Notes: generated by a model not told the origin, from the sequence alone. A stretch of DNA of 25,171 nucleotides from a bacterium (GCA_021799155.1 JAJZBA010000001.1:1-25171), one strand, 5' to 3'. Numbered from the stretch's first letter, positions 15,871 to 24,269 are shown. Translations and numbers: made by a program.

Positions 15871-16309
15871 TGCTGTTTATGGTTATAGTGCTTGAACTTG
15901 TCGATTTGCCGATTAAAGATATTTTAATAGTACTCGAAGCGTCCGGTAAACCGGTAATGGGAGAAAAAATAACGGTTGAAGAAGAATTGGAAATCGGAAC
16001 GTCAAATTGGATATTGGAACGCAAAACCGATTTTGAAACTATGGTGCCGGTAGCATAAGTTGTTCCCTTAAACAATTCGTAAAAATCGCTGCCGGATGAC
16101 GGATTTTCAAAATAAACTCCCCAGCGACTCCCCTCTTCCTGGGCGATTGAACGATCTTGGGCATTTCTGATGACGGTTGCGATTTCCTGGGTCGTCAAAG
16201 TTAAATCGCGCTCCTGCCGATGACTGACCAAATTCATAATGCCGAGAGTGGCGGCCGCCACGGTAATAGCAATGGTGATAAGAAGCTCGATTAAAGTAAA
16301 ACCGCGCAT
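15851..16309 (-). CDS. Minor pilin / pseudopilin (FimT/GspH-like)
   Basis: Class III signal MRGFTLIELLITIAI. Confidence 0.88.
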   Translation of the reverse strand: MRGFTLIELLITIAITVAAATLGIMNLVSHRQERDLTLTTQEIATVIRNAQDRSIAQEEGSRWGVYFENPSSGSDFYELFKGTTYATGTIVSKSVLRSNIQFDVPISNSSSTVIFSPITGLPDASSTIKISLIGKSTSSSTITINSNGEITY

Positions 16310-16310
16310 T

Positions 16311-17522
16311 TTAGAATTGTCCTGTTAGTTGGTAGATCGGAATAATAATCGCTAAAGCGATAGTACCAATAATTAATCCCATTCCCAAAAGCAAAACCGG
16401 TTCCAAAAAAGTTACCAAGGTTTTAATTGAGGTTTCAACTTCGGCTTCGTAAAAATCGGCCAAAGCGCTTAAAATGTCTTCGATATGGCCGGATTTCTCC
16501 GAAATCGCCATTAAATTAACAATCACCCGGGGAAAAACCGCTTCTTTCCTGAAAGCCTCGCCTATGGTCAATCCCTTAGCAATACCTTCGCGAGAAATTC
16601 TAAGCAAACTGTTTTTTATTTCTTCGGAACCGACCGCTTGGGCGGTAATTTCTAAAGCATCTAAAATCGGAAGCCCCGCTTTAAGTAAGGAAGCCAGAGT
16701 GCTTGAAAAACGCTGGAAAGCTAATTGTTTTAAAACATTTTTAATTACCGGTATTTTAACGATAAACCGGTGCAAAATTTTTCTGCCGCTGGCATTTTTA
16801 AAAAATAAATACCAAATTAAAACCCCTGAAATTATTAAAAATCCAAAGAAAATCCAAATGTAGTCACCGATAAACAAACCGACCGACAAAACGATTTTAG
16901 AAAAAAGCGGCGGCTCGATTCCGCTGGTCATAAAAACTGACGCTATTTTTGGCAAAGCAAAACTAACTAAAAGAAGAAGGATAGCGAATGAAGCAACAAG
17001 AAGGATTATCGGATAAGTCAAAGCGGCTCTGATTTTTCGTCTAAGATCCTGTTCTCTTTCTAAAGAAACGCTTAGTTCTTCAAAAACTTTTTCTAGATTT
17101 CCCGAAGTTTCGCCGGCTTTAATAAGATTTATAAAAACGCCGGAAAAATATTTCGGGTATTTTAAAAAAGTGGTGTAAAACGGCAGGCCTTTTTCCAGGG
17201 CACCGCGAATTTCTATTAAAAGGGCTTTTACCGCCGGTTTATCGAGGTCGGCAATTAAAATATCAATGGCTTTAAAAAGATCGGTGCCAACCTTAAGCAT
17301 TAATGCCAGATATTTCGTCAAAAAAACTTTATCGCCAACCGTAATAGTTTTACCAAAAAACAAGCCGCGACCGACTTCTTCGACGCTTTTAATTGTTTTT
17401 AAAGAAACAGGCCTTAATCCTTGGCTTGCCAAATATTCCAAAACTTCCGCCGGTCCCGATGCTTCAAAATCTCCTTCCGTTATTTTGCCGTTGGGTTGCG
17501 AAGCAATATAGTGAAACCTCAT
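16311..17522 (-). CDS. pilC: Type IV pilus inner-membrane platform protein PilC/GspF
   Basis: Two GspF repeats (NLIKAGETSGNL, MAISEKSGH), ALTYP and LEP motifs. Confidence 0.93.
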   Translation of the reverse strand: MRFHYIASQPNGKITEGDFEASGPAEVLEYLASQGLRPVSLKTIKSVEEVGRGLFFGKTITVGDKVFLTKYLALMLKVGTDLFKAIDILIADLDKPAVKALLIEIRGALEKGLPFYTTFLKYPKYFSGVFINLIKAGETSGNLEKVFEELSVSLEREQDLRRKIRAALTYPIILLVASFAILLLLVSFALPKIASVFMTSGIEPPLFSKIVLSVGLFIGDYIWIFFGFLIISGVLIWYLFFKNASGRKILHRFIVKIPVIKNVLKQLAFQRFSSTLASLLKAGLPILDALEITAQAVGSEEIKNSLLRISREGIAKGLTIGEAFRKEAVFPRVIVNLMAISEKSGHIEDILSALADFYEAEVETSIKTLVTFLEPVLLLGMGLIIGTIALAIIIPIYQLTGQF

Positions 17523-17599
17523 AAAACTTTACTAATATACGAATATAGCGCGAATATACGAATTCGTATATTAATGCTTGATTAGCATATTCATGCAGT

Positions 17600-19309
17600 C
17601 TATTCGCGTATTACGCGCAAAACTTCCTCGACCGTTGTAATGCCAGTGGCGGCTTTTTGCAGGCCGTCTTCAAACATAGTAATCATTCCTTTTTTTCTCG
17701 CTAAAGCGTTTAAATTATCCAAAGAAAAATCCTGACCAATAATCAATTTTCTTATTTCTTCGTCAACGTTTAAAACCTCAAAAATGCCGATTCTGCCCTT
17801 ATAACCGGAATTACCGCAAGATTGACATCCCCGCCCCCGATAAAGAAATTTCGGAATTTTAAAAGTTGATTCGGGATTAAATTCTTTAAGCTGTTTATTT
17901 AGAAAATCAACCACTTCCTGATTCGGCGCATATGATTCAATGCAATCAAGACAAATTTTTCTAACCAATCTCTGAGCGATAATCGCGTTTAAAACCGCGG
18001 CCACCAGAAACGGAGCGATTTTCATATCAATCAACCGAGGCACGGCGGTGGCGGCATCGTTAGTATGCAAGCTGGAAAGAAGCAGGTGACCGGTTAAAGC
18101 CGAATGCACCGCAATTTCGGCGGTTTCTTCGTCGCGAATTTCACCAACCATAATAACATTCGGGTCCTGTCTTAAAATTGCTCGTAGACCGCTGGCAAAA
18201 GTGATGCCTGCCAAGGGATTGATTTGGGTTTGATTAATGTATTTTATATCATACTCTATCGGGTCTTCGATGGTAACGATATTAACTTCCGGTCGATTCA
18301 AAATATTTAAAATCGAATAAAGAGTAGTAGTTTTACCGGAACCGGTCGGGCCGCAAACTAAAATCATTCCGTAAGTTTTTTTAATATTCTCTTCAATAAT
18401 TTTTATCGTGTTTTCAAGCATCCCTACTTCTCCCAAAGAAAGAGGCCGTTGAGCGGAAGGGAGAAGACGCATTTCAATTTTTTCGCCGTAAAAAACCGGA
18501 ATAATTGCGACTCTAACATCAATTAAATCCGGCCCCACTTGATAGCGAAAACGGCCGTCTTGCGGTTTTTGATGTTCGTCAATTTTTAAACCGCCTAACA
18601 ATTTTATTCGGGCAACGATTGCCGGATGAACTTCTTTCGGAATTCTCATAATTTCATGAAGAACGCCGTCTATTCGATATCTGACAAGAATTTCATCTTC
18701 TAAAATTTCAATATGGATATCCGAAGCCTTAAGAGAAGCGGCATAAGAAAGAAATCCGTCGACAATAGCGACAATCGGCACTTCTTTCGCCGCTTCTTCG
18801 ACACTGCCGGCTTTTTTTTGAAGACTGGCATGAATATTTTCTTCAATAATTTTCTTAAAATCTTCTCCGATTCGACGGCTGTATAAAGCAAAACCGCGAT
18901 TTAAATCGTCGGCGGTCGCTAAATACGGCTTGATTTTCGATTTAAGATGTTTTTCCAAAAAACTGATTGCTTCCAAATCGGAAGGGTCTTCCATCGCGGC
19001 GTCCAAAACGCCATCAGGTTCCTGGGCGAAAATAATCGCTCTCTTTTGCCTTGCCAAATCTTCGGATAATTTTCTTAAAACACTTTCATCGATTTTCCGA
19101 CCGCTCAATTCGGCTTTCTCTACTCCGAAATAATTCGCGACCAAATCGTAAAAATAATCAACCGTAATAAACCCTCCGGAAACCAGAAGGTCGGCGATAT
19201 TTTGATTCATTCGCTTGGCTTCGTTTAAAAGATTATCAAACTTTTCTGAAGTAATCAGACCTTCCTTGGTTAAAACTTCTTTAAGTTTTTGGGGTGGAAC
19301 ATGCAACAT
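17600..19309 (-). CDS. pilB: Type IV pilus assembly ATPase PilB/GspE
   Basis: Walker A GPTGSGKTT, TIEDPIEY, MVGEIRD, His box HSALTGH, tetra-Cys CLDC/CQSC. Start set at ATG 19309. Confidence 0.94.
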   Translation of the reverse strand: MLHVPPQKLKEVLTKEGLITSEKFDNLLNEAKRMNQNIADLLVSGGFITVDYFYDLVANYFGVEKAELSGRKIDESVLRKLSEDLARQKRAIIFAQEPDGVLDAAMEDPSDLEAISFLEKHLKSKIKPYLATADDLNRGFALYSRRIGEDFKKIIEENIHASLQKKAGSVEEAAKEVPIVAIVDGFLSYAASLKASDIHIEILEDEILVRYRIDGVLHEIMRIPKEVHPAIVARIKLLGGLKIDEHQKPQDGRFRYQVGPDLIDVRVAIIPVFYGEKIEMRLLPSAQRPLSLGEVGMLENTIKIIEENIKKTYGMILVCGPTGSGKTTTLYSILNILNRPEVNIVTIEDPIEYDIKYINQTQINPLAGITFASGLRAILRQDPNVIMVGEIRDEETAEIAVHSALTGHLLLSSLHTNDAATAVPRLIDMKIAPFLVAAVLNAIIAQRLVRKICLDCIESYAPNQEVVDFLNKQLKEFNPESTFKIPKFLYRGRGCQSCGNSGYKGRIGIFEVLNVDEEIRKLIIGQDFSLDNLNALARKKGMITMFEDGLQKAATGITTVEEVLRVIRE

Positions 19310-19314
19310 AAAAT

Positions 19315-19715
19315 AAAAACCAAATATCAAATATCAAAAATCAAAACCACAAATTAAAAACTGTTAAATATTTTTTCTTTTTCTCATTGTTAATAAACTT
19401 AAAGCGAGAATATTAGACAATTCTCTAGTTTCATTTATTATTTCTTGAATTTTTGTTTTGTCCACTTTATCTAAATCTTTTAAAAGATGAAGCCAATACT
19501 TTGTTTCGTTAGCGGATTTAAAAGCGATATCGAAGTATCTAGCAAAATCCTTTTTAGAATTAGATGCTTTAGCTTCTATAATATTAATGCTGCCAAGAAA
19601 TTTAAGAGATTTCAGAGTGTACAAATAAACTCTATTTTGAAATTCTGTTTTTGAATTTTGATCTGTGGTTTTGGTATCTGGTTTTTGCATTTTGGTTCTA
19701 TATCTTTAAATTGTG
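19315..19715 (-). mobile_element. Four-helix-bundle gene cassette bounded by inverted heptamer arms
   Basis: Minus-strand 5' arm CCAAAATGCAAAAACCAGATACCAAAACCACAGATCAAAATTC and 3' arm TTTAATTTGTGGTTTTGATTTTTGATATTTGATATTTGG are complementary; the unit interrupts the pilus cluster. Mobility is inferred. Confidence 0.55.
19364..19690 (-). CDS. Four-helix-bundle protein (23S rRNA IVS protein / Avd-like family), apparently internally deleted
   Basis: NIIEAKASNSKKDF, AFKSANETKYWL, ETRELSNIL match the family; the usual LLRSxTSIGA segment before NIIEA is absent. Confidence 0.8.
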   Translation of the reverse strand: MQKPDTKTTDQNSKTEFQNRVYLYTLKSLKFLGSINIIEAKASNSKKDFARYFDIAFKSANETKYWLHLLKDLDKVDKTKIQEIINETRELSNILALSLLTMRKRKNI

Positions 19716-19718
19716 AGT

Positions 19719-20315
19719 TTAGAACTTCAACAATCTCCACAAAGGCAGTAATTCAAGCCATCTCTGTATGATTATAACAAAAATCGCGACAGATAACCAC
19801 AAGTAATACAAAGATATACGCCTTTCTTTAACTAACGACCAACGGCTAACGACGGACGACAATAAATGTAAAAACAAATAAATTAAAATTAGACTGATGA
19901 AATAAAACAGGGCGCCTGGCCAACCGGTTAAAAATAAAGCCAAAGCGCCGAAATAAGGTTCTTCGGGCTCAAAAAAACATTCGCCATATTTTTTGTTAAG
20001 TTTTTTTGCCGAAAATAAAAACAAAAAAGCGGCCGCTAAAGAAATTAAATAAGGAGCAAAAAATCTGGTAAACATATATAAAACAAAATAATGAATGCTT
20101 TGATAAGGCGGTAAAAGATATTTTGAAGGCTCATTTTGAGACCAAATTTGATATTGCGAATAAGATTGATAAAAAAGCAAAATAAAAATAGCAACAAGCG
20201 ATAAGTAAAAAGCGACAAGCGACGAGCGCTTGTGTTTATTAAAGAAGCGTCCCGTTTTAAAGCGGGACGCTCCAAAAAATAAAATTAAAATTCCTAAAGA
20301 AAAATAAAACACCAT
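19719..20315 (-). CDS. Multi-pass membrane protein in the pilus cluster
   Basis: About five hydrophobic segments; stop/start overlap with the pilin gene; GALALFLTGWP resembles the prepilin peptidase C-terminal region. Confidence 0.75.
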   Translation of the reverse strand: MVFYFSLGILILFFGASRFKTGRFFNKHKRSSLVAFYLSLVAIFILLFYQSYSQYQIWSQNEPSKYLLPPYQSIHYFVLYMFTRFFAPYLISLAAAFLFLFSAKKLNKKYGECFFEPEEPYFGALALFLTGWPGALFYFISLILIYLFLHLLSSVVSRWSLVKERRISLYYLWLSVAIFVIIIQRWLELLPLWRLLKF

Positions 20316-20848
20316 TACAAATCCAATCCAGGGTCGGTACCGACTTCATAGTAAGAAGCGCTATTTCCGCCGTCAGTGCCGTCTAAGTCCAGTGTGGTTG
20401 CGTATTTAGTACTTTCAAGAGTCGCGTTAAGTTCAAAGGTTAAATTGGTGGCGTCTCCTTTATAAGAATATTGATAAGTAGCATTGTTAGTCGGGTCAAG
20501 CGGCAGAACCGAAAGCGGAGAACCGCCGGTGGTTCCGGTCAAATCTATCGCCACCCATCCCGTACCGCTGACCGAAGAAGTGGCCACAGTGCAGGTTCCA
20601 AAAGAGCAGGTGGCATTTGCCGTTGATCTCGGACCGACTGAAACAGTAGGACTCGAAGCAGTCGCCAAATACAAACCAATTGCACTTTTAACACTGCCCA
20701 AATCGGAAATTCTTTGCGAGTCCCTGGCCTGCGCCAATAATTGGGCCGGATTCAAAACCAAAACCGCGGCGGTAGCTAAAATCGCCAGAATACCGATAAC
20801 AATTAAAAGTTCTATCAGAGTAAAACCACGTTTCGCATTTTTAATCAT
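20315..20848 (-). CDS. Type IV pilin (probable major pilin)
   Basis: KRGFTLIELLIVIGILAIL class III signal, NP helix break, ARDSQRISDL. Confidence 0.92.
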   Translation of the reverse strand: MIKNAKRGFTLIELLIVIGILAILATAAVLVLNPAQLLAQARDSQRISDLGSVKSAIGLYLATASSPTVSVGPRSTANATCSFGTCTVATSSVSGTGWVAIDLTGTTGGSPLSVLPLDPTNNATYQYSYKGDATNLTFELNATLESTKYATTLDLDGTDGGNSASYYEVGTDPGLDL

Positions 20849-20905
20849 ATATGATTATATTATAAAAAAATAAAAACTAATACAATGCCGAAACTGTGAA
20901 TAACT

Positions 20906-21292
20906 TTAACGCGCCTGAATCAAAAACTCTTTGATTTTTCCAACCAATTCGTCTATGGAAGTTTTAGCCTTGATAAAATATTCAATCGCTCCCAATTCCT
21001 GACCGCGATTGACATCTTCCGGCTGGCCTAAATTAGAAACAATAATAATAGGAACCTCTTTTGAAGATATTTGAGGGTCGTTTTTTATTTCTTCCATCAC
21101 CTCAAACCCGGATTTTTTCGGCAGAATAAGATCTAAAAGAATAAGGTTCGGCTGAAGCGATTTTAATAAATTTAAAGCCTCATCGCCGTCTTTGGCAAGA
21201 GACACCCTTAACCCTTCTTTTTCTAATCGGTTTTTCAATAAAGAAGAAAGAAAGACGTCGTCTTCAACGAGAAGTATTTGTGGATTTTCCAT
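20906..21292 (-). CDS. Single-domain response regulator (receiver only)
   Basis: LLVEDD, LLDLILPKKSG (phospho-Asp), IVSN, YFIK. Confidence 0.92.
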   Translation of the reverse strand: MENPQILLVEDDVFLSSLLKNRLEKEGLRVSLAKDGDEALNLLKSLQPNLILLDLILPKKSGFEVMEEIKNDPQISSKEVPIIIVSNLGQPEDVNRGQELGAIEYFIKAKTSIDELVGKIKEFLIQAR

Positions 21293-21362
21293 AAAATAAA
21301 TTATACCAAAATTCTTTTAGTTGTCCCAGACCGAAACTTAAGGTTCCTCGGTCAACACCTTG

Positions 21363-21487
21363 CGTTCGCTCCGCTCGCTACCACCGATACAAAACTACAA
21401 ATAGTTAGTGCGAATCTCCAAATAGTATATTCGTAGATTCGAATGAATTCGTAGTTTCGCATCGCGTAACAGTGAGCGAAACGAACG
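21363..21487 (-). repeat. 125-nt hairpin element, copy in the 16S 3' trailer
   Basis: 122/125 identical to 23082-23206, same orientation. Confidence 0.95.
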
Positions 21488-22103
21488 ATATCGACACTTT
21501 TTTAGTTTAGTTGTTCCACGCACAGCTTCCGCTACGCGTGCCTTGTTACGACTTCTGCCATGTCACCGAACTTACCTTAATCCCGCCTAAGCGAGACTTC
21601 AGGCACTCCCGGCTCCCTTGCAGTGACGGGCGGTGAGTACAGGACTCGAGAACGTATTCACCGCGCCATGGCTGATGCGCGATTACTAGCGATTCCAGCT
21701 TCATGAGGGCGAGTTTCAGCCCTCAATCCGAACTGAGGTCGGCTTTGATGGGATTAGCTCCGCCTTGCGGCTTGGCAAACCCATTGTACCGACCATTGTA
21801 GCATGAGTGTGGCCCAGGGCATCAAAGGGCCATGCGGATTTGACGTCATCCCCGCCTTCCTCCCCCTAATGAGGGCAGTCTTCCGAGACACTTATAACTC
21901 GGAACAGGGGTTGCGCTCGTTACCCCACTTAAGGGAACGCTTCAAAGTACGAGCTGACGACAACCATGCAGCACCTGTCCTGCCGTCCTTGAGAGACGAC
22001 CATCCTTTCGGACGATCTTCGTCAGGATTTCAAGCCCTGGTAAGGTTCCTCGTTTACCGTCGAATTAAACCTCATGCTCCACCGCTTGTGCGAGTCCCCG
22101 TCT

Positions 22104-22135
<32 letters not shown>

Positions 22136-22819
22136 TCCCAGGCGGTCCGCTTAACGCGTTAGCTTCGCCACTCCGAGGGTCGACACTCGAAACAGCTAGC
22201 GGACATCGTTTAGGGCGTGGACTACAAGGGTATCTAATCCTTTTTGCTACCCACGCTTTCGCGGCTCAGAGTCAGGAACGTCCCAGCAGAATGCCTTCGC
22301 CTTTGGTGTTCCGCACGATATCAACGGATTTCACCCCTACACCGTGCGTTCCATCTGCCTCTAACACCCTCTAGTCCAGCCGTATTCATTGCGGTTCCAA
22401 AGTTAAGCTCTGGAATTTAACAATAAACGCGCCAGACCTCCTACCCGCTCTTTACGCCCAATAAATCCGGATAACGCTTGGGGTCTCTGTATTACCGCTG
22501 CTGCTGGCACAGAGTTAGCAACCCCTTATTCAACTGGTACCATCAATCCCACTAAAAGCAGGACTTTTCCCCAGTTAAAAGCGGTTTACAATCCGAAGAC
22601 CTTCTTCCCGCACGCGGCGTCGCTCCATCAGGCTTTCGCCCATTGTGGAATATTCTCGACTGCTGCCACCCGTAGGTGTACGGCCCGTGTCTCAGTGCCG
22701 TCGTTGGAGGACAGCCTCTCAGCCCTCCTACCGGTCATAGCCTTGGTGAGCCATTACCTCACCAACTAGCTGATCGGATCTAGGCCAATCAAGCGCCGAA
22801 TACATTGCTGTATCCTTTA

Positions 22820-22996
22820 CTGCGCACCTCACTAAAGTTCAGTGCTTAAAGTGCTTAACCAAAATTCAAAAACCAAAATTCAAAACCACAAATCAAAAAC
22901 TATAAAATCTATCGTTTGAAAATTTTTACTCTGTGGTTTTGGTCTTTGATATTTAATTTTTGCTTTTTAAACACTTTACCTTAATGAGATGCGCAG
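22820..22996 (-). other. 16S helix 9 insertion (intervening-sequence-like, about 177 nt including closing stem)
   Basis: Stem CTGCGCATCTCATTAAGGT / ACTTTAGTGAGGTGCGCAG (differences all G-U compatible) encloses inverted heptamer arms; sits between AATGGT and TAAAG where helix 9 is normally a short hairpin. Confidence 0.88.
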
Positions 22997-23081
22997 ACCA
23001 TTGGGAATTATCCAATCTTTCGACTGGCTATGCCCAAGCGCTCGGTATGTACCAAGATGTTACTAACTCGTTCGCCGCTAA

Positions 23082-23206
23082 CGCTCGCTCCGCTCGCTAT
23101 CACCGATACAAAACTACAAATAGTTAGTGCGAATCTCCAAATAGTATATTCGTAGATTCGAATGAATTCGTAGTTTCGCATCGCGTAACAGTGAGCGAAG
23201 CGAACG
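23082..23206 (-). repeat. 125-nt hairpin element inserted at the tip of 16S helix 6 (V1)
   Basis: Lies between CAAGTCGAGCGAT and TTAGCGGCGAACG; folds as one long imperfect hairpin. Confidence 0.93.
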
Positions 23207-23278
23207 ATCGCTCGACTTGCATGCCTTATCCACGCCGCCAGCGTTCATCCTGAGCTAGGATCAAACTCTCAAATAAAC

Positions 23279-23365
23279 TAGGTGTTAGGTATTAGGTGTT
23301 AGGTGTTAGAGAGCGAAAATAAATTATTCGCACCCTAAAACCTAAAACCTATAACCTAAAACCTA
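23279..23365. repeat. Heptamer hairpin in the 16S leader
   Basis: (AGGTGTT)n arm and (AAACCTA)n arm separated by a short spacer, immediately 5' of the mature 16S. Confidence 0.82.
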
Positions 23366-23375
23366 ATAAATAAAT

Positions 23376-23394
23376 TGGGACAACTAAAAAAATT
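23376..23394 (-). other. Leader strand of the pre-16S processing stem (partner 21310-21328)
   Basis: Leader AATTTTTTTAGTTGTCCCA pairs 19/19 (one G-U) with trailer TGGGACAACTAAAAGAATT. Confidence 0.8.
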
Positions 23395-23455
23395 CTGATT
23401 TAATTTTAACGCTTCATTTAATTGTCAAAATGCTTTCCGTTTCCATCCTATTTTT

Positions 23456-23483
23456 ATTATAGAATCCCCCACCCTCTTGTCAA
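23456..23483 (-). promoter_or_regulatory. Sigma70 promoter of the 16S gene
   Basis: Perfect TTGACA (23483-23478), 16-nt spacer, TATAAT (23461-23456). Confidence 0.85.
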
Positions 23484-23511
23484 TAGATAAAAACTATAAT
23501 AATATATATTT

Positions 23512-23778
23512 ATGAAAAAAGACATCCATCCAACATATTATTCCGAAGCCAAAGTCCGCTGTGCCTGCGGCGCGGTTTTTACAATCGGCTCGACAAAACC
23601 GGAAATTCAAATTGAAATATGCAGTCAATGCCATCCGTTTTATACCGGCAAAGGAAAACTAATCGACGTTGCCGGCAGGGTGGAAAAATTTAAGGCGCGA
23701 ACCGAAAAAGCGGCCAAAACTCCAATAAGAAAAAAATCGGCGAAGAAAGCCGCAAAAAAAGAAAAGAAGACAAAATAA
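23512..23778 (+). CDS. rpmE: 50S ribosomal protein L31 (zinc-binding form)
   Basis: [30 protein letters not shown]; Lys-rich tail. Confidence 0.97.
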   Translation: MKKDIHPTYYSEAKVRCACGAVFTIGSTKPEIQIEICSQCHPFYTGKGKLIDVAGRVEKFKARTEKAAKTPIRKKSAKKAAKKEKKTK

Positions 23779-23779
23779 A

Positions 23780-23807
23780 AAAAGAGCCCTCCGAACAGGG
23801 CTCTTTT
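23780..23807 (+). terminator. Intrinsic terminator after rpmE
   Basis: AAAAGAGCCCT / AGGGCTCTTTT with a 6-nt loop. Confidence 0.8.
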
Positions 23808-23816
23808 AAATAAATT

Positions 23817-24269
23817 ATGAATTACTATTTCTTAAAAGAAGATTTAAATCATCTTGACTCAAAAATAAACGAAATTAAAAAGAAAATCCAAGCCGCTCGA
23901 AACGATAAAGCGCTGTCAACAACACAATCATCCGAAACATGGCATGATAATTATGGATTTGAAGAAGGAGTAAGACAAATCAATTTTTACGCCAACGAAT
24001 TAATGAAATATCTAGAAATTAAACAAAAAGCGATTATCGCTCCGATTCCGCAAAATAACAAAATTGGAATAGGAAGTTTTGTTCGTATTAAAGACGAAAC
24101 CGAAAAAGAAACCGATATTAAAATTGGAAGTTTTTTGGCTTTCGAAAATGATTCAATTTCTTATAATTCTCCTTTGGGCAGTCTTTTAATGGGAGGAAAA
24201 GTCGGCGAAATTAAAAATGGATTAATCGGAAACAAAAACAAAAAAATAGAGATTTTAGAGATAAAATAA
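23817..24269 (+). CDS. GreA/GreB family elongation factor-like protein
   Basis: N-terminal coiled coil, IGIGSFVRI, ISYNSPLGSLLMGGKVGE, IEILEI C-terminal domain; tip motif ETWHDN rather than DLSEN. Confidence 0.85.
   Translation: MNYYFLKEDLNHLDSKINEIKKKIQAARNDKALSTTQSSETWHDNYGFEEGVRQINFYANELMKYLEIKQKAIIAPIPQNNKIGIGSFVRIKDETEKETDIKIGSFLAFENDSISYNSPLGSLLMGGKVGEIKNGLIGNKNKKIEILEIK

Noticed and set aside
19364-19690. Diversity-generating retroelement based on the Avd-like protein
   Set aside because: No reverse transcriptase and no template/variable repeat pair with adenine-specific differences in the window. The 125-nt and 113-nt repeats differ at only 2-3 sites and are non-coding.
21292-21503. 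tRNA in the 16S trailer
   Set aside because: No cloverleaf or TTC-loop signature; the region is accounted for by the 125-nt element, a small hairpin and the processing stem.
22820-23206. 16S insertions as group I/II introns or homing-endonuclease carriers
   Set aside because: Both are under 200 nt, are simple hairpins, have no ORF and show no recognisable group I core or group II domain V.
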